From: Acidobacteriota bacterium
Lineage (GTDB): Bacteria > Acidobacteriota > UBA6911 > RPQK01 > JAJDTT01
Reading direction: 5' to 3'
Assembly: GCA_965209055.1 (NCBI GenBank)
Contig: OZ242374.1
Coordinates: 608,001 to 672,000 of the forward strand
DNA: 64,000 nt
Within the stretch, counting starts at the first letter, position 1, and every line of letters starts with the position of its first letter. The notes below the pieces were generated by a model. The model worked only from the letters and a program-made list of their open reading frames with translations. It searched no databases and had not been told where the DNA came from. Below, in pieces: positions 60,560 through 64,000 of the stretch. Made by a program: the position numbers and the translations under genes.

Positions 60560-61300
60560 TCAACCGAATAGGTTCCTGGGGAGACCGGTCTGTTGGAACG
60601 CCTTGGCTCCCGCTTCGACGTGGCGCTTTCCCCGCTCCAGGGAGAAAGCCAGATGCGACGGGAGCAGAGCGTCGAAGTCGTAGTTCAGCAGCTTTTGCAT
60701 TGAGGCCGCGCAGTCCTGAATGCTCGAGTCACGGACGTTCTGGAGAACCACCGCACCGCCCCAGAACACCTGGTCACCTGCGATGAGATAGGTCCGGTCC
60801 CGTCCCTTCAGCAGGAGGGAATAGTGGCCGCTGCAGTGACCCGGAGTGGCGATGGACGTGAGTTCCAGACCTCCCACTTCGAACCGGTCCCCGTCCGCCA
60901 TTTCCCCCTCGACGTCACACGCCTCCCAGTGGAATTCCGCCGGATAGAAGCCGAAATCCTGTGCCCAGGCCAGACCGGTCTGTTCCGCATCCCCCTCGCG
61001 GATCGTCGGCGCGGCTTCCCTTCCGGCGATGACGGTGGCGCCCAGTTCGCGCTTCAGTTGAGCCAGCGCCCCCACATGGTCGGCGTGGTAGTGGGTGACG
61101 AAGATCCGGCGGATCTCCCCCGGATCCAGGCCGTCGTTCTCGATGTTGCGGAGGATCTTCCCGGGCCCGTCGAATCCGGCATCCACCAAGGCCAGTTCGC
61201 CTTCCCCCCGGATCACGAATACGTGACAGTCCATTCGATTGGAGATGTTGAAACCGGTGTCGCCGCCGCCCACCAGATAAACGTCTTCCGTCAGTTTCAT
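60560..61300 (-). CDS. MBL-fold metallo-hydrolase
   Basis: LVDAG, THYHADHVG, TPGHCSG, GD, PSH. Confidence 0.9.
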   Translation of the reverse strand: MKLTEDVYLVGGGDTGFNISNRMDCHVFVIRGEGELALVDAGFDGPGKILRNIENDGLDPGEIRRIFVTHYHADHVGALAQLKRELGATVIAGREAAPTIREGDAEQTGLAWAQDFGFYPAEFHWEACDVEGEMADGDRFEVGGLELTSIATPGHCSGHYSLLLKGRDRTYLIAGDQVFWGGAVVLQNVRDSSIQDCAASMQKLLNYDFDALLPSHLAFSLERGKRHVEAGAKAFQQTGLPRNLFG

Positions 61301-61338
61301 GTCACTCAGTCCTCAAAGGGAAAAAGCTTCGGGGGGCG

Positions 61339-62343
61339 TCACTCCACCAGGGACGGCGCGGCGGTTTCCTTCGGCGCGGCTGCGTCGTACGCCGCGGCCA
61401 GGCGGGAGTACTCCTGCTCCTTGGCGTCCATCTCCGCCTCGAGCCGCTGTCTCTCGTCCCGAATGATCTTGTTGGCGTTGGTCGAAGCCCATCGCGAGTT
61501 GGGAACGTTTTTCAGACCGTCGTGGAGCCTCTGCACATGCCCCTTGGCCGAACTCGCGGCCGGCCCTTCCACCACCGCCGCGCGGGCATAGGCCAACAGG
61601 GCGGTGTCGTAGTCGTGGGTCCGGGATGCGGCAAACCCGAGACGGAACGCGGCATAGCCGTGTCCGGGATTCATCTTCAGAGTCTGTTTCAGGTGCTCCA
61701 CCGCCACCTCAAGGTCCGAAACCGGCTTTTTGGGAGACTTGGTCCACACTTCGAGGATCGAACGCCCCATTGCATAATGTGCGTCCGCCGCCCAACCCTG
61801 CTTCATGGCGATCCAATCGGACGTGTTCTGGCCCATCGGTTTCTCCAACTGATCCAACAGGCCGAGGGCCCGGGTGGCGTAATCGCTTGCCCGGTCGATC
61901 CTTTTGCTCTCGGAGTAGATATTGGCCAATGGCGCCAGCAACTCGACCGTGTCGGGAAGCTCCAGCAGAGCCTCCTCTCCGTGCCGAATGAAACGATCGA
62001 CATCGTTGCGCGAAAAAGCCGCGTTGGCAATCGCAAGGTGGGCCCACGCGGTCAATCCACTGTCGGGAAACTTCTTCAGGAATCTCTCTGCCAACCGGGA
62101 CTGCTTGCGAACGTCGCTGGTCTCTCTGATCTCCTCCCACGCTCGGAATTCCTCTCGGGACCGGGGCTTGCCCACGGTGCGGGCTTCGTCCAGCACCTGG
62201 TCTTCTACGAACTCCACCGGCGGGTCACCCTCAGATTGTTTCTCGTCCTGAGGCGGGAGCGGGTGGGCTGGAGTGGTGGCCACCGTCATGGCCAGCAACA
62301 GAACGGAGGAAAGCAACCGCGGATTCTTCATCATGATGTCCAA
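61339..62343 (-). CDS. Exported TPR-repeat protein
   Basis: Signal peptide, FLKKFPDS, multiple TPR-like helical pairs. Confidence 0.75.
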   Translation of the reverse strand: MDIMMKNPRLLSSVLLLAMTVATTPAHPLPPQDEKQSEGDPPVEFVEDQVLDEARTVGKPRSREEFRAWEEIRETSDVRKQSRLAERFLKKFPDSGLTAWAHLAIANAAFSRNDVDRFIRHGEEALLELPDTVELLAPLANIYSESKRIDRASDYATRALGLLDQLEKPMGQNTSDWIAMKQGWAADAHYAMGRSILEVWTKSPKKPVSDLEVAVEHLKQTLKMNPGHGYAAFRLGFAASRTHDYDTALLAYARAAVVEGPAASSAKGHVQRLHDGLKNVPNSRWASTNANKIIRDERQRLEAEMDAKEQEYSRLAAAYDAAAPKETAAPSLVE

Positions 62344-62376
62344 ATCTACCTGATTCCAGAACTTCCGGCCACGGAC

Positions 62377-62453
62377 CGGCGGTTTCCTAGCCGCCCGTTC
62401 CTCCTCGCTCGGCCCATCATTTCAAGAATCGGCGGTTAGGAAACCGCCGCTCC
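62377..62453. repeat. Inverted pair of REP-like palindromes
   Basis: cggcggtttcctagccgcc followed by cggcggttaggaaaccgccgctcc, the latter identical to 2970-2993. Confidence 0.7.
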
Positions 62454-62485
62454 GTCTCGGAGATTGGAAATCGACGCTCCACGAT

Positions 62486-63970
62486 TCACGCCAACAGCTT
62501 GGTCACCACCTCGCCGCCCACGTCGGTCAGCCGGAAGTCTCGTCCCTGAAAGCGGTGGGTCAACCGGAGGTGGTCGATGCCGAAGAGATGGAGGATCGTG
62601 GCGTGGAAGTCATTGATGGAGACGGGCTCCTCCTCGACTCCCCAGCCGATGTCGTCCGTCCTGCCGATGACCTGTCCTCCCTGGATGCCACCGCCGGCCA
62701 TGAAGACGCTGAAGGCGAAGGGGTGGTGATCCCGGCCGGTGTTGATTTCCTCTTCTCCTCCGTTGTTCTCCGCCAACGGGGTCCGGCCGAATTCCGCGGC
62801 CCAGACGACCAGCGTCTCGTCCAGCATGCCGCGCTGCTTCAAGTCCTGAATGAGCGCGGCCACCGGCTGGTCGACGATCCCGCAGTTGGTGGGCAATTGT
62901 TTGTCCAGACTGCTGTGATGATCCCATGAGGCGTGATAGATGTTGACGAATCGTACGCCCCGTTCCACCAAGCGGCGGGCCAACAGGCAGTTGCGCGCGT
63001 AGCTGCCGAACACCCCGTTGGTGAAGCCGCGTCCTCGACTGCCGTCGGGATCTTTCCGGTTGACCCCGTACATCTCCAAGGTCTTCTCGCTTTCCTGGGA
63101 GAGGTCGATGAGTTCCGGCGTCGCTGACTGCATCCGGTACGCCAGCTCATAGGAGGCGATTCGAGACAGGATCTCGGGGTCGCGGGCCTGCTTGTAGTGC
63201 TGCCGGTTGAGCTGTTTCAGCGCCTCCAGGCTCCGGCGCTGGCATTCGTGCGGCAGGCCCTCAGGATTGGACAGGTGCAGCACCGGGTCTCCCTGGTTTC
63301 GGAAGAGCACCCCCTCGTAGCTCGAAGGCAGGAAGCCGCTGGACCAGTTGGAGGCGCCGCCGCTGGTCCCCCTGCCGGCCGTGAGCACGACGTAGCCCGG
63401 CAGGTCCTCCGACTCGCTGCCCAGGCCGTAGTTGATCCAGGAGCCCATCGACGGACGGCCGAAGGTGGGCACTCCCGAATTCATCATCAACTGTCCCGGA
63501 TGATGGTTGAAGGCCTCGGTGTGCATGGACCGGATCAAGGCGATGTCGTCGGCGCAGCCGCCGATATGGGGCAGGTATTCGGAGATCCTGATGCCCGATT
63601 CGCCATGTTTGGGAAACTTGGCATTGCTGCCCATCAGCACCGCCGACTCCTTTTTGATGAAGGCGAACCGGACCTTCTCCAACATGGACTCGGGCATGGG
63701 TTGGCCGTTCAGCTCCGTCAGTTTCGGCTTGGGATCGAAGAGGTCGATCTGGCTGGGAGCGCCCGCCATGAATAGGAATATGCAGCTCTTGGCCTTGGCC
63801 GGGAGATGGGTCGACATCATCTGCTGTCCCAGGGTTCCGGCGGCATTCGCCTGCCCCAGGAGTCCCTTCTCCGCCAGCATCGTCGTCAGGGCGATACCAC
63901 CCAGACCGCTGGCGCTGCTGGTCAGGAAGTCTCGACGCGATTCCAGAATTTTTTCCCTCAAAGAACTCAT
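62486..63970 (-). CDS. DUF1501 family Tat-exported protein
   Basis: SRRDFL Tat motif, FMAGAPSQIDLFDPKP, CLLARRLVERGVRFV, WDHH, EFGRTP, GRDHHP. Confidence 0.92.
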   Translation of the reverse strand: MSSLREKILESRRDFLTSSASGLGGIALTTMLAEKGLLGQANAAGTLGQQMMSTHLPAKAKSCIFLFMAGAPSQIDLFDPKPKLTELNGQPMPESMLEKVRFAFIKKESAVLMGSNAKFPKHGESGIRISEYLPHIGGCADDIALIRSMHTEAFNHHPGQLMMNSGVPTFGRPSMGSWINYGLGSESEDLPGYVVLTAGRGTSGGASNWSSGFLPSSYEGVLFRNQGDPVLHLSNPEGLPHECQRRSLEALKQLNRQHYKQARDPEILSRIASYELAYRMQSATPELIDLSQESEKTLEMYGVNRKDPDGSRGRGFTNGVFGSYARNCLLARRLVERGVRFVNIYHASWDHHSSLDKQLPTNCGIVDQPVAALIQDLKQRGMLDETLVVWAAEFGRTPLAENNGGEEEINTGRDHHPFAFSVFMAGGGIQGGQVIGRTDDIGWGVEEEPVSINDFHATILHLFGIDHLRLTHRFQGRDFRLTDVGGEVVTKLLA

Positions 63971-63973
63971 GTC

Positions 63974-64000
63974 CTACTCCCGAGTGACAAACTCGTCCAG
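63974..64000 (-). CDS. 3' end of upstream gene, probably DUF1553/PSD1 family (partial)
   Basis: Reads LDEFVTRE*, a typical ending for DUF1549/DUF1553 proteins that precede DUF1501. Only 9 codons are visible. Confidence 0.55.
   Translation of the reverse strand: MDEFVTRE

Noticed and set aside
60414-60563. Long N-terminus of the C39 peptidase ORF
   Set aside because: It translates through REP-like palindromes; the signal peptide begins near 60413.

Overview
High-GC bacterial chromosomal window, most likely Acidobacteriota (inference from a GWxTD protein, an Oar-like TonB-dependent receptor with a carboxypeptidase-regulatory-like N-terminus, DUF1501 and the MoxR/DUF4159/DUF4175-type cluster). 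From left to right it holds: a partial DRE-TIM synthase-ptb-ackA unit; mltD-like and ctpA genes; tatAC; a long minus-strand run tilS-ftsH-folP-dacA-cdaR-glmM-mfd-PPIase-surA; a SAM-I riboswitch controlling a ThrC-family gene followed by tRNA-Met; hemB-hemL; an accessory block with a modular autotransporter adhesin and a secreted MORN-like repeat protein; carD; a nine-gene MoxR/vWA/TPR-metallopeptidase operon ending in a Tat-exported BNR hydrolase; a degenerate cinA; an orphan antitoxin with a PIN toxin stub; tRNA-Leu; then a TonB receptor, a PA2779-like protein, a GWxTD protein, a TPR-Omp85-like barrel and an exported C39 peptidase; and finally MBL, TPR and DUF1501 genes. The best candidates for poorly described systems are (1) the exported C39 peptidase / double-glycine-like substrate / TPR-Omp85 module, (2) the MoxR-triple-vWA envelope operon, and (3) the SAM-regulated ThrC paralog. 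All calls come from reading motifs by eye; no database searches were run, and several start codons are estimates.
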